Positions 11,716 to 22,022 of a stretch of 45,560 bases of DNA are shown here, one piece after another; within the stretch, counting starts at the first letter, position 1, and each line of letters begins with the position of its first letter. The notes below the pieces were generated by a model. It was not told where the DNA came from. It saw only the letters and a program-made list of their open reading frames with translations, and did not search any database. The stretch comes from Macrostomum lignano (lineage: Eukaryota): the NCBI GenBank assembly GCA_002269645.1, contig NIVC01002190.1, positions 149,327 to 194,886 on the forward strand. Direction: 5' to 3'. A program made the translations under genes and the position numbers.

Positions 11716-11725
11716 CCAGCGGCAT
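11716..11725 (-). CDS. Candidate 84-aa protein, exon 1 (ATG CCG CTG G)
   Basis: ATG at 11725, donor G|GTTAGT, and a 66-nt intron with branch-like CTGAC 30 nt before the AG; phase matches exon 2. Confidence 0.5.
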
Positions 11726-11940
11726 ATGATTGCAAATATATTTATGAATTCGTTATAGCAACAATTTAACCATCAATACAAATAGCTATAGAAAAACTGA
11801 GTGGGGGGAAGCCTGGGCAAGCGGGCCGGGGAGCTCTGGGTGAAGGACGGGTCCCAGTGTCGAGTATGAACGAGTTCGCATGCAATGCCGCAGTCCGGTG
11901 CATCACGGACAGCTCAGCTGCGGGCAGCCAGTTAAGCTGG

Positions 11941-11970
11941 TCACGCCTCCGACTCTCCCTGCGCTGCTCC
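11941..11970 (-). CDS. YBX1: Y-box protein, exon 4 (GAAQGESEA*)
   Basis: Acceptor cccaacccgcag|, phase 0, TGA at 11941-11943; resembles typical Y-box acidic C-termini. Confidence 0.7.
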   Translation of the reverse strand, partial: GAAQGESEA

Positions 11971-12000
11971 CTGCGGGTTGGGAATAAACGGCTGCTGCTT

Positions 12001-12103
12001 AGGGAGCAGAGGGCGAATATTCGGGGAGCAGAGGGCGATTATTCAGGGAGCAGAGGGCGATTATTCGGGGAGCAGAGGGCGATTATTCAGGGAACAGAGG
12101 GCG
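12001..12103. repeat. 22-bp short intronic array (GGGAGCAGAGGGCGATTATTCR) x4.5
   Basis: Fills most of Y-box intron 3. Confidence 0.85.
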
Positions 12104-12115
12104 GTTCACTCTCAC

Positions 12116-12544
12116 CTCTCCACCCCGCAGTGGATAGCGACCACTACCGCGTCTCCGTGAGCCGCCGCCTCTGCTCCACTGGCCGCCGCGGCCGCTATAG
12201 CCGCGGTAGCCTCCACGGCCGCCGCCGTAGCCGCCACGGCCGCCGCCGTAGCCACCACGGCCGCCGCCGTAGCCGCCACGATCGCTGAATTCCTCTGGCG
12301 GAGGCCTCGGCTGGAAGGGGGGCCCGCCACCACCGCGGCCGCCGCCGTAGCCACCACGACCGCCGCTATAGCCGCCACGATCGCTGAATTCCTCTGGCGG
12401 AGGCCTCGGCTGGAAGGGGGGCCCGCCACCACCGCGGCCGCCGCCAGCAGCAGCAGGCGGCCCCATCGTGTAGGGCCGGCGGCGGGGCGCCACGCCGCCT
12501 CTACTGGGAGGCGGGGGCGGCGCATCTGGCAGGCCCTGCTTCAT
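12116..12544 (-). CDS. YBX1: Y-box protein, exon 3 (RGG/RGGY-rich C-terminal domain)
   Basis: cccatttcag|ATG (phase 0) to GAG|GTGAG; contains RGG repeats and a 99-nt internal duplication (PPFQPRPPPEEFSDRGGY x2). Confidence 0.85.
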
Positions 12545-12619
12545 CTGAAATGGGAGAGTGGGGCGGCTGACTGGGGATCTGGAAGAGTTTGAGGGAGCGG
12601 CAAGGTTAGGGGATTCGGG

Positions 12620-13870
12620 TAACTGGGGTTTGGGAACTGGGTTAGGGAACCGGGGTTAGGGAACTGGGGTTAGGGATGGGGGGTTGGGGAACTGGGGTTA
12701 GGGATGGGGGTTGGGGAACTGGGGTTACGGATGGGGGGTTGGGGAACCGGGGTTAGGGGACTGGGGTTGGGGAACTGGGGTTGGGGAACTGGGGTTGGGG
12801 AACTGGGGTTAGGGATGGGGGGTTGGGGAACTGGGGTTGGGGAACTGGGGTTGGGGAACTGGAATTGGGGAACTGGGGTTGGGGAACTGGGGTTAGGGAT
12901 GGGGGGTTGGGGAACTGGGGTTAGGTATGGGGGTTGGGGAACTGGGGTTAGGGATGGGGGGTTGGGGAACCGGGGTTAGGGAACTGGGGTTGGGGAACTG
13001 GGGTTGGGGAACTGGGGTTGGGGAACTGGGGTTGGGGAACTGGAATTGGGGAACCGGGGTTGGGGAACTGGGGTTGGAGAACTGGAATTGGGGAACCGGG
13101 GTTGGGGAACTGGGGTTGGAGAACTGGAATTGGGGAACTGGGGTTGGGGAACTGGGGTAGGGGAACTGGGGTTGGGGAACTGGAATTGGGGAACCGGGGT
13201 TGGGGAACTGGGGTTGGGGAACTGGGGTTGGGGAACTGGAATTGGGGAACCGGGGTTGGGGAACTGGGGTTGGGGAACTGGGGTTGGGGAACTGGAATTG
13301 GGGAACCGGGGTTGGGGAACTGGGGTTGGAGAACTGAAATTGGTGAACCGGGGTTGGGGAACTGGGGTTGGAGAACTGAAATTGGTGAACCGGGGTTGGG
13401 GAACTGGGGTTGGGGAACTGGGGTAGGGGAACTGGGGTTGGGGAACTGGAATTGGGGAACCGGGGTTGGGGAACCGGGGTTGGGGAACTGGGGTAGGGGA
13501 ACTGGGGTTGGGGAACTGGAATTGGGGAACCGGGGTTGGGGAACTGGGGTTGGGGAACTGGGGTTGGGGAACTGGGGTTGGGGAACTGGAATTGGGGAAC
13601 CGGGGTTGGGGAACTGGGGTTGGAGAACTGGAATTGGGGAACCGGGGTTGGGGAACTGGGGTTGGAGAACTGGAATTGGGGAACCGGGGTTGGGGAACTG
13701 GGGTTGGAGAACTGGAATTGGGGAACCGGGGTTGGGGAACTGGGGTTGGGGAACTGGGGTTGGGGAACTGGAATTGGGGAACCGGGGTTGGGGAACTGGG
13801 GTTGGAGAACTGGAATTGGGGAACCGGGGTTGGGGAACTGGGGTTGGAGAACTGGAATTGGGGAACTGGG
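12620..13870. repeat. G-rich 7/14-bp minisatellite (GGGGAACTGGGGTT / GGGGAACTGGAATT)n
   Basis: Fills Y-box intron 2; units at the left end contain TTAGGG. Confidence 0.97.
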
Positions 13871-13891
13871 CAGGCACCAAAGAGCTCTAAC

Positions 13892-14226
13892 CGGCGGTCC
13901 GTCTCCGCCCCGACCGCCGTAGGGCCGTCTACGGCTGCGGCCGCCTCTGAACCGCCGTCCGCCGCGCCTCTCGGACGCGTACTCGCTGCCCTGGACGGCG
14001 GCCCCGTCCGGCCCGGTCACATTGGTGGCTTCCTCGCCTTTGGGCCCTTGTACAACGTCGAATTCGACTCGTTCGTTTTCGCCGACGCTGCGCTTCCACT
14101 TAGCCGGGTTGTTCTTGGCAATGGCGGACTGGTGCACAAACACGTCCTGCTTGGTGTCGTCCCTGTTGATGAAGCCGTAGCCATTCTTCACGTTGAACCA
14201 CTTGACTGTGCCGGACACGCTTGTTG
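13892..14226 (-). CDS. YBX1: Y-box protein, exon 2 (cold-shock domain)
   Basis: Poly-C tract plus tag|CA acceptor (phase 1, the position recalled for vertebrate YBX1); [15 protein letters not shown] (RNP1), VFVHQSAI (RNP2), VEFDVVQG...VTGPDG; donor CCG|GTTAGA. Confidence 0.95.
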
Positions 14227-14339
14227 CTAGGGGGGGGGAGGGGGCAGCGGCAGACACTAGAGATTTTGATATAGTACTATGAGTAGTCTATTGGAACTGA
14301 GACAGACACATTTCAAAAGCTCTGAATTTCACAAATTGT

Positions 14340-14722
14340 GAAGCTTTGAGCAAGTGGAAGCAGCTTTGAGCAAGTGGAAGCAGCTTTGAGCAAGTGGAAG
14401 CAGCTTTGAGCGAATGGAAGCAGCTTTGAGCGAATGGAAGCAGCTTTGAGCAAGTGGAAGCAGCTTTGAGCGAATGGAAGCAGCTTTGAGCAAATGGAAG
14501 CAGCTTTGAGCAAATGGAAGCAGCCTTGAGCGAATGGAAGCAGCTTTGAGCGAATGGAAGCAGCTTTGAGCAAATGGAAGCAGCTTTGAGCAAATGGAAG
14601 CAGCTTTGAGCGAATGGAAGCAGCTTTGAGCAAATGGAAGCAGCTTTGAGCGAATGGAAGCAGCCTTGAGCAAATGGAAGCAGTTATTGAGCAAATGGAA
14701 GCAGTTATTGAGCAAGTGGAAG
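14340..14722. repeat. 20-bp intronic minisatellite (GCAGCTTTGAGCAAATGGAA)n
   Basis: About 19 units in Y-box intron 1. Confidence 0.95.
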
Positions 14723-14779
14723 CATAATTAAACCTTACTTTTTTAAGTCATAGCACAACATACTGAAATATAAAATATT

Positions 14780-14913
14780 TCTAGGGGTCGCAGCACTAAG
14801 AAATGTGTGAGTATATCATACTTAATAATACATTATATTGATTATAAAAGGGGTCGCGAACATTAAATTTATGTAAATAAATTAAGGTTGCCTAAAAAGG
14901 TTGAGAACTGCTG
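14780..14913. mobile_element. Right end of a hAT-like MITE (fragment)
   Basis: AGGTTGAGAACTGCTG (14898-14913) resembles the reverse complement of CAGTGGTTCTCAACCT-type hAT termini, with GGGGTCGC subterminal words; no left end seen. Confidence 0.4.
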
Positions 14914-15120
14914 ATATAAGTCATACCATGCCATGCCATAATATACCATACCACACTGCACTACTCATAGTTTGGAAGGCAACATATATACTGGGATTTC
15001 CTAGCATACAATAAAGTATTTGCCATTTTTTAGCATACATCAGCATATATCCTAGTGTACATAAACACAGTAGAAAATTTCTGGCTTATTTCTGTGGCAT
15101 AATTACATACATGTTAGGAT

Positions 15121-15527
15121 CCATTTTGTGGATGGTGGGGTGTACGCCAGAAAATTCCGGCATACACTTGATTTCCGTGGTGTACATCAGCATACATTTC
15201 TTGGCTGTGTACAGTGTGGCGTACAGTGTGGTATATGGCAACTGGCATAGAAATTAATATAAAGAATTTTTTGTGCTTTTTCTATGTTAAGTTATTTCAA
15301 AAACATTTTTTTGCTACTATTTTCTCATTTACCAATCATTTTAATTACTGGAATTGTCACGACAATCGTCATATGGTTATCAATTTTTTGTAGTTAAATT
15401 TGAAATTTAAATATTTGATGATTTTTTACCGTTTTTTAAGTTGGTGTACATTTAAAATATGTTGGCGTACAATTGAAAATTCAATAAAAATGTGTCCGGC
15501 ATACACAGAAAACCTTCCGCAATATGG
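15121..15527. mobile_element. 407-bp TIR element with 8(-9)-bp TSD
   Basis: TIRs CCATTTTGTGGATGGT / ACCTTCCGCAATATGG (13/16 match); GTTAGGAT at 15113-15120 and 15528-15535. Confidence 0.7.
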
Positions 15528-15857
15528 GTTAGGATCAAATAAAGTGACTACATAAAATATACTATATACAACACTATCAATATTTCAAAATGGAACAAGG
15601 AATAGGCCTAATAAAAAAACATTTTAAACTTTATGCCTTAAAAACTTCTTTTTCTCTATTTTAGCAAATAAAAAATATTTACAGTAGGCCTTACTTCTTT
15701 TACATTTGTCCTTTCTCTGTGTACATTGCAAAAGTGCATGATTTTTTACTTTATAGGCCTATTTTGCATAATAAATTCAAAAATAAAAGTGTAAAACTTT
15801 GGCATACATAGTTGAAAACATTTTTATAGTCCTAGCATACAAATGTGGTCCTACATC

Positions 15858-16440
15858 CCATAGTCTGGATCATGTCGTTTACGCCAGAGATCTCCGGCGT
15901 AAATCTGGTTTGGGATCAGAGGCTGGCATAAGTGCTTGGCGTAAGTATAGGCCAAAATGTGCTTTGGCGTAAGTGCTTGGCGTAAGTACATGGCATAAAT
16001 CAAGTGGCATAAATGTTGGCACAAATGAGATCATTCACGATCAAATGTATCACTATAGAACATTACACATTTGCATTAATTATGATGTTAAAGAGCAGCA
16101 TTAAAACAAAGTTCATTAAAATATTGCAGTTCGTATGAATGAGATAGCAGAATATCTATTGTAGGATAGCAAAAGTTTTTTTAGCTTCAAGATGCTTACT
16201 TTGATTCTTGATTCAGAATTTGCAACTTGTGAGATTTTTAAACAGTTGCAACTTCTGAATTTAATTAATCACCGATTCATTGTAAATAATCTATTCTATT
16301 CTATTCACAAGAATTGTGAGGGACCTTTTTTGGGTGGCATAAGTCAGAGGGACCTTTTTTGGTTGGTGTAAGTCTGGCATAAGTGCCAAAAAATGTTGGA
16401 TTTTTCCTCCGGTGTAAGTCCAGCATGATCCGGACTATGG
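15858..16440. mobile_element. 583-bp TIR element with 8(-9)-bp TSD and GGCRTAAGT subterminal repeats
   Basis: TIRs CCATAGTCTGGATCATG / CATGATCCGGACTATGG (16/17 match); CCTACATC at 15850-15857 and 16441-16448. Confidence 0.8.
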
Positions 16441-16803
16441 CCTACATCCTATACTTTTTACCCCATTTGACCCAGTGTACACTAATAACAATTCAAACTA
16501 TGGTGTATTACCACTATTCTGATCGCACTAGGGATTCTGTAGTAGACATTCTATCAAAATCTTTATGCATTGCAATTGGGCTTCAATTTATTATGGTCAT
16601 TAATGCAATGGCATTAATAAACCAAAGGATTCAGACAAATTGAGATAATATTTTCTTGACTCTTCCTATGATTTTTTCAGACTCTGAAAACCTATTTAAA
16701 TAATAAATAAAAATACAGATTCATTTTTTTAATTCTAGTATGATGTACACACAAAGTATCAATAAGTATCATATAAAACTCTAAGATAATATGCGCTGCT
16801 TAC

Positions 16804-16876
16804 CAATTACTTTCTTCTCCAACTTTTCTGAACCTGGCTTTTCTTCATAGGAGTCACCAGACTCATTTTTGTCCAT
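16804..16876 (-). CDS. YBX1: Y-box protein, exon 1 (not in the ORF track)
   Basis: ATG at 16876 gives MDKNESGDSYEEKPGSEKLEKKVI plus G|GTAAGC; joins exon 2 as [15 protein letters not shown]. Full CDS is 867 nt (288 aa). Confidence 0.85.
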
Positions 16877-17235
16877 TCTGATGTTATTCGAGATGAACAG
16901 CGAATCTATAAAATTTATTACAAAATTTTTGCACTTTAACGATGTCTTAAACCGATTGCAGCCTAATTTTATTATTCAAACAAGTAAGTAAGCAGATACA
17001 GATTTCTTTCGCGACTTATTTGTACAGTCAAGTCGCTTTTCCTAGAAAGTTTTCACGCTCAAATGTAGGATTAAAACAATTTATTCACAAATAGTGTAAT
17101 GTTGGCGAGTAGTGGTTTAAAATTTGTCTTGTTAATAAAAAATAGGCGAAAACTTTACCATTTAGCATTCACTGTTAAGCGGCTAGACTTGTTTGTGATC
17201 TTTTACACAAAATACTACATACTTTATCCATACAT

Positions 17236-20200
17236 TACAACAAACAAAAACAAAATACGCTACTCCGCACGCAAAGTCACATTTAGAGTAGGGCGCGTCA
17301 GATGGCGCGCCGCAGAGTCTGGGAGCGAATGAAGTCCGCTTCGTTGGCAGTGTCGTGCGCCCCAGCGTCGCACGGCAGGCAGTCCGCGTATCGACGGGTT
17401 CGGGCCTGACCCCGCCTGAAGGGGCCCTGCAAGGTGAGCAATAAGACGTCCTGAACAGGTTAGGGGCAGTAGCCCTCGGCCCGGATCACGTGGCCCGCCA
17501 GTTGTAGTCGCCGCCGGCGCAGGATGGTGGACGGGCGCTGCAGCTTGGCCCGATCGTACAGGGTCTCGGTCCCGATGCTCTCGTCAGCTCGAAGCACGGA
17601 ACAGCCCTGAGTGCGCCGAGTCCAGCTACCGCTCTAGCGTAGCTGTCAGCGTCCACGTCTCGGTGTTGTATAGCAGCAGGACGGTTTCGACTACCGCCTG
17701 CCACAGCCGAGCCCTCTGGTGGTCGCGGGCAGCGCTTCGGATTGGACGACGGCCCGGATCGAGCGGAAGGCCGCCCAGGCAAGTCCTCTGCGCCGCCGGA
17801 GGTCTTCCTCCACGTGAGGCACCAGACCACCGAGGTAGGTGAACCGCTGGCAGCGTGCGAGCTTGGTCGTCTGCCCGTTTGCGCCGCGGCACGTCAGGTC
17901 CGCTGGGATGTCGGCCGGCACAGTCAGCACCTCGGTCTTCAGCGTGTTGACAACCAGACCGATGCTCGATGCCACCTGGACCAGCCTGTCGATCTGGCGC
18001 TGGGCTCCTTCAACGGACGAAGACGCCGTGGCTTTTCGCCGTGGCGGCGACTGATGCGTCTGCGCAGCAGGAAGCCGTCGTAAGCCGAGGGGAGAGCGGT
18101 CCGAAGCACTCAGTCCAGCAGCAGCACGAAGAGGAACGGCGCCAGCGTGTCGCCCAGCAGAACTCCTGATGAAGTGTCGAACAGGTCAGACAGGCCGTCC
18201 GCCGTCGCCTCAGCAGCTCGAGTGTCGCAATACAGCGCCATGACAGCATCGACTAGCTGCTGGGGTACCCGATAGGCTCGAAGGACAAAGGGAAGCGCGG
18301 CTCTCAACACCAAGTCAAATGCCTTTCGAAAGTCAACGAAGACAATGATCAGCGTAGACTGGCGGATGCGCGCCTCCTCGATGACAAGGCGGAGTGCGAG
18401 GATCCGTGTCACTGACCACGCTGCGGCCGGAATACGTTCTGCTCATACCGCAGGTACGGATCCAGCACCGACTGGAGACGATCGAGCAGCAGCCGGTTGA
18501 AGAGCTTCGCGGTGCAGGACTTCAGCGAGATCCGCGGTGGTCTGCTTTCCGCGTTGTCCCTGCCTTCTTCGGGATCGGCACGATGTGCGCGACGGTAAAC
18601 TCGGTGGGCGCGGGGGCGCCGGCGAGCACGCGATTCATGACGCCTGTGACCTGGAAGGCCACATAGCGGAGCCGCAGCGCCTCGACCGGGACTTCGTCGG
18701 GACGAGTGCCTTGCCGCCTGATGTTTTCCGAGCGAACAGCACAACGTCCTCTGTGGTGACTGGGCTGGTGCAGAAGTCCTCCTCAGCTGGGAGCGGCGTG
18801 TCCAGTGGAAGCGCAAAGCTGACGGGCAGCGGCAACGCGGGCGCGTTCACGATGCCGACGAAGAAGTCGCGCAATTCGTTCCTGCGCTCCTCCAAGGTGT
18901 CACCGGCCAGATTCAGCGCCACGCGCTTTTTGCGCCCGTCATAGACCGGACGGCCGTCCACACTGCGCGGCTCTTCACGTCTGGGCCGGCTGCAGTGATG
19001 GACCTAACGGCGTCGTCGACAGCGGCCTGCTGCCGCTCGTCTAGAAGGCGCTCAAATGCGTCTTCAGCGTCGCCCGTGGGCCGCCGGTTTCTGCGGAGTC
19101 GCTCGATGTTGAGCCGCGCTTGCCTGATGGTCGGGTCGCTCTGCCAGACAGGCAGCGATTTTTGCGCTGGCCGCATCAGCGGGACCGTCTGCTCCGCAGC
19201 GGCTCTAACGGCGGTGCTGATGTCGGAATACTCCGTCTCACGCTGGTCTCCAAGCGCGCCAACGAAGGCACCCTCGAATTGACGCTTGACGCGGGTGTCC
19301 AACAGAGCGCGATAGTAGCGCCGTGGCCGCTGCTTTGGCGGTCGGTAGAGATGGTCGCGGAGCCGCAAGTCGCAGAGCAGAAGTCGATGGTCTGACCGGA
19401 GAGCCAGTGGAGCCATGGTGTCGCAGTTGGTGACGCGGCGGCGCTCGCGAGTGCGAACCAGCGCATGATAGAGTTTCGCCAGTCTCCTCGCATGGCGTTT
19501 CGCCCGCGTGCGTTTCGCCGCCTTCTCTTGCAGCCCGCAAAGGTAACCAGGCGGGCAGTGGGCTTGCAGAACTAGGTGTTCGCGGACACCAGGTCCAGCC
19601 GGTCAAGCAGGTCCTCCAGTGCATCGGTGTTGGCGTTCTCGCGTCCCGCGACAAAGGGCAAGCGCTCGGACCTCTGCAGGACTGCGTTCAGGTCTCCAAG
19701 CACTGCCAGTGTGTCGCGGTTTGGCACCTCTTCCAGCTGCCCAGCTAGGAAGTCGAAGAAGGCACGAGCCTCACCGAGCAGCCGAATGCAGCGGGCGCGC
19801 AGTCGCAGGTAGACCCGCATCAGTCGCGGGGACAGCGAGATGCAGTGTACGCTCTGCTGGAGGCGCGGTCCGATCAGTACGCTGACACCGCCCCGGCCGC
19901 GGTCGTCTGTCGACGTGTACAGGAGGCTCCAGCCGGCTCCAAGGTCCTCAGAGTGGAGCCCCCGCTCAGCCACGATAGAGACCTCCTGCAGCGAGAGGAG
20001 GTCCAGCTGTAGGTCGTGGGCCAGCTGGACAAGGATGGTGCGACGCCAGGGGGCCTTCAGAGTTCGGCATGCCGTGCCGAGCCTGAGGCGGCCACCTGGT
20101 ACAGCTGGGGCCAGATGGAGGTTGGCCTCGTGGTCCCCGGTGCCACCCGGCGGATCCATAGTTCAAGTTGCAGGGACTGGGGGCGACAGGCGCCTGGCCG

Positions 20201-20330
20201 CGCCACGGAGTCGCCCTCGCCGGTTGCGCTCGCGCCACCGCTCAGTCCGACGTTGCACTGCGCCGACCTCTGCGAGTCCCTGCTGTACTGAACTTTGCTG
20301 CCGCAGCCGAAGCGCGGCCGTCCGAGCCAA
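17236..20330 (-). mobile_element. Degenerate RTE-type non-LTR retrotransposon (APE endonuclease + reverse transcriptase), multiply frameshifted
   Basis: APE motifs (LRLGT..RTL, LQEV, VLGDLNA) at 19572-20159; RT motifs (ISLKSCTAKLFNRLLLDRL, EQNVFRPQR, VFVDFRKAFD, GVLLGDTLAPFLF, GLVVNTLKTEV, FTYLG) at 17690-18500; TTTGT-like tail near 17240. Ends are approximate. Confidence 0.92.
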
Positions 20331-20859
20331 CCGAGGTCATCCCCGGCATGATGATCTGGCCGCGATGCCAAGAGATGTCAGCACTATTGCACGGGTGTGC
20401 AAATATAATGTCTCGGGCACATTATGGTACATTATGTATACATGATACATTATGCTGATTATAGCATTCGTCACGTCGCAGAATCGGTCCATATCGGTCC
20501 ATAACCCTTTGGCCATTGAAGCCACGATCGAAAGAGTAATTAGCTACATACTACAAGTAGTATAACCGTATATGCTCGGTATTTTTCACCAACGATACAA
20601 AAGAAAAACTTATAGGATTTTGCCCAGCTATCCAATATCTTCAAAAAGAGACGACACAACTAGCTGAAGGGTAAATCTAAGGATAATGATTGTTAGCACT
20701 TGGAGCAGGGTAAAGTAATTAAATATTTATTTAAAATTATGCCCGATCCGCATTGATGCTCCCGGTTGGCCGAAAAACGACTGGTCGAGTTTTTGCGATA
20801 ATACGCGTCACTGCACTGGCTGCATCCAGTACAGCAAGTAGCGCAACCAGAAATTTGTT

Positions 20860-21372
20860 GAGGGGGCGGATTCTGGAGGGTAAAAACCCACAGGGTTGGG
20901 GGCGGATTCTGGAGGGTAAAAACCCACAGGGTTGGGGGCGGATTCTGGAGGGTAAAACCCCACAGGGTTGGGGCGGATTCTGGAGGGTAAAACCCCACAG
21001 GGTTGGGGGCGGATTCTGGAGGGTAAAACCCCACAGGGTTGGGGGCGGATTCTGGAGGGTAAAACCCCACAGGGTTGGGGGCGGATTCTGGAGGGTAAAA
21101 CCCCACAGGGTTGGGGGCGGATTCTGGAGGGTAAAACCCCACAGGGTTGGGGCGGATTCTGGAGGGTAAAACCCCACAGGGTTGGGGGCGGATTCTGGAG
21201 GGTAAAACCCCACAGGGTTGGGGGCGGATTCTGGAGGGTAAAACCCCACAGGGTTGGGGGCGGATTCTGGAGGGTAAAACCCCACAGGGTTGGGGGCGGA
21301 TTCTGGAGGGTAAAACCCCACAGGGTTGGGGGCGGATTCTGGAGGGTAAAACCCCACAGGGTTAGGGGCGGA
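20860..21372. repeat. 36-bp minisatellite (GGGGGCGGATTCTGGAGGGTAAAACCCCACAGGGTT)n
   Basis: About 14 units differing mostly in homopolymer length. Confidence 0.95.
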
Positions 21373-22022
21373 AAGAGTGGCTCTGAATTTTGACGAAAAT
21401 TCATAAAGCTCTTTGTTAATAAAATTAGGATTTTATGTTAATCCTAAATTCTACGTGCATGTCCTCTGACCTCTCCTAAAAATCATAAAAATGTCAACAA
21501 CTCGACTTTGGTTTTATGAATCTATTTTATCATTCGGCTACACATTCTGGTGCACAGTAATTAAGCTAGAAATGATAAAAACACATCTAAATAGATTTTG
21601 CGTTAGCTATAACACGAATTTTTGACACAGCTAAAGACTTATCCTTGTGAATTTACATTTAGATATCGAAAAACAAATCAGGCAAAAAATTATCAACATG
21701 CGGTAGAACTTAATAAAGAATTTCCTTGATTCATTCTTAATCAAATCTTGAGCCCTTCCTTGACTTTTAATAAAATTGTGTCCAAGCATTATGGTTGCAA
21801 CGTTGGTATAAAACAATTGTTATAAGACTTCTTATTTAACACATTCGCGCGTATGAAAGCAAACAGAGTTATAAAGAGTAAAAGGCAAAGCAAGAAACAA
21901 AGGCAAATAGCTACACAGAAGAGTGCAAAGGCAAATTCTGATTGAATTCGAGCTTGCTGATCTGCACGATCCGCGCCAACAGTTTCTGGTGGGAAAATAG
22001 CAAAGATCTGCATGTTCATCAG

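Noticed and set aside
11487-11725. Alternative reading of the candidate gene (…LLRAAAWNKKQIDLVEKTCGLLE R EWFF…) using donor GAA A|GTTGGA
   Set aside because: This frame has no in-frame ATG without assuming another indel; kept only as a fallback because it would give a canonical GT-AG intron around the array.
12640-12960. Interstitial telomere (also TAACCC in 8010-8251)
   Set aside because: TTAGGG occurs only as single hexamers inside longer units, never as tandem (TTAGGG)n.
12893-14257. 454-aa ORF as the full Y-box protein
   Set aside because: It starts at a GTG in intron sequence and reads through the intron-2 array; splice signals define four exons instead.
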